This document shows, in pieces, positions 63,508-64,000 of a stretch of 64,000 bases of DNA. Location of the stretch: positions 158,144-222,143 of the forward strand of contig CAVTIL010000011.1 of assembly GCA_963734695.1 (NCBI GenBank), read 5' to 3'. This DNA comes from an uncultured Acidobacteriota bacterium (GTDB lineage Bacteria > Acidobacteriota > Vicinamibacteria > Vicinamibacterales > 2-12-FULL-66-21). The notes under the pieces were generated by a model. That model ran no database searches and was not told the DNA's origin. It was given only the letters and a program-made list of their open reading frames with translations. Position 1 is the stretch's first letter. Each line of letters opens with the position of its first letter. The position numbers and the translations under genes are program-made.

Positions 63508-64000
63508 CGCGATGAATCGGCCCGACGCGCCCGCCGCCCGCGAGACGTTCGACGACGTGGTCTTGCCGCATCTGGATGCCGGGTACCGCCTGGCGCGCTG
63601 GCTGACGCGGAACGAGCACGACGCGGAGGATGTCGTGCAGGAGGCGTCGCTGCGGGCACTCCGGTACTTTCGGACGTTCGCAGGCGGGAACGGACGCGCG
63701 TGGTTTCTTCGAATCGTGCGAAATGCCTGTCACGGCGGCCGGCGGCCGTTTCAAGCTGTCACCGACCCGTTTGACGAAGAGCACCACAGCGCCGTTCAGT
63801 CGCACAGCGATCCTGAAACGTTGATGCTGCGAACCAGCGACGCGAGCCAGGTCGAGCGGGCCATCAACAGCCTGCCCGATCGCTTCCGCGAGCTGCTGAT
63901 TCTGCGCGAGCTGGAAGGCCTGTCGTACCGCGAGCTGGCGGACGTGATGGACATTCCAATCGGCACAGTCATGTCGGGCCTCTCGCGCGCGCGGGATGCG
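63500..64000 (+). CDS. ECF (group IV) sigma-70 factor, 3'-truncated by the window edge
   Basis: The ATG at 63500 overlaps the epimerase stop. VLPHLDAGYRLARWLTRNEHDAEDVVQEASLRALRYF..AWFLRIVRN...RFRELLILRELEGLSYRELADVMDIPIGTVMSGLSRARDA. It is a paralogue of 56988..57509. Confidence 0.85.
   Translation, partial: MSSAMNRPDAPAARETFDDVVLPHLDAGYRLARWLTRNEHDAEDVVQEASLRALRYFRTFAGGNGRAWFLRIVRNACHGGRRPFQAVTDPFDEEHHSAVQSHSDPETLMLRTSDASQVERAINSLPDRFRELLILRELEGLSYRELADVMDIPIGTVMSGLSRARDA

Overview
This is a visibly GC-rich chromosomal segment (GC not computed). Its gene content suggests Acidobacteriota, which is an inference: four ADOP-type duplicated FtsX permeases, three with PadR regulators, a CarboxypepD_reg-type TonB-dependent receptor, an SBBP-repeat protein and a PEP-CTERM protein. 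I can support about 45 protein genes, one tmRNA (ssrA, 20090..20440) and several families of intergenic repeats. Other recognisable content includes a heterodimer-type ABC exporter pair, a divergent pair of GT-C-like membrane proteins and a hicAB toxin-antitoxin pair. There is also an Slt-type lytic transglycosylase, an M28 peptidase, and a CzcCBA-like RND efflux operon preceded on the same strand by an ADOP permease. The right-hand part carries an MFS transporter, a degenerate LytS-type kinase, an ECF sigma/ZAS anti-sigma pair flanked by cupredoxin-domain proteins, lgt, and an HTH-STAND-TPR regulator. I found no CRISPR array, transposase, integrase or recognisable defence system. Four things stand out. 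(1) About 17 single-nucleotide frameshifts are concentrated in 10 genes and mostly shift +1, so they are either assembly errors or pseudogenes. (2) A mosaic family of structured intergenic repeats has at least 6 copies, one abutting the tmRNA 3' end. (3) Arrays of a TAGAACC decamer phased at 10 bp occur at two distant loci. (4) PadR-ADOP modules recur with a shared promoter, palindrome and near-leaderless layout. A 27-nt tandem repeat array is also inserted in frame in the ATPase domain of an ABC exporter. All family assignments rest on motifs read by eye and remembered consensus; no database search was run.
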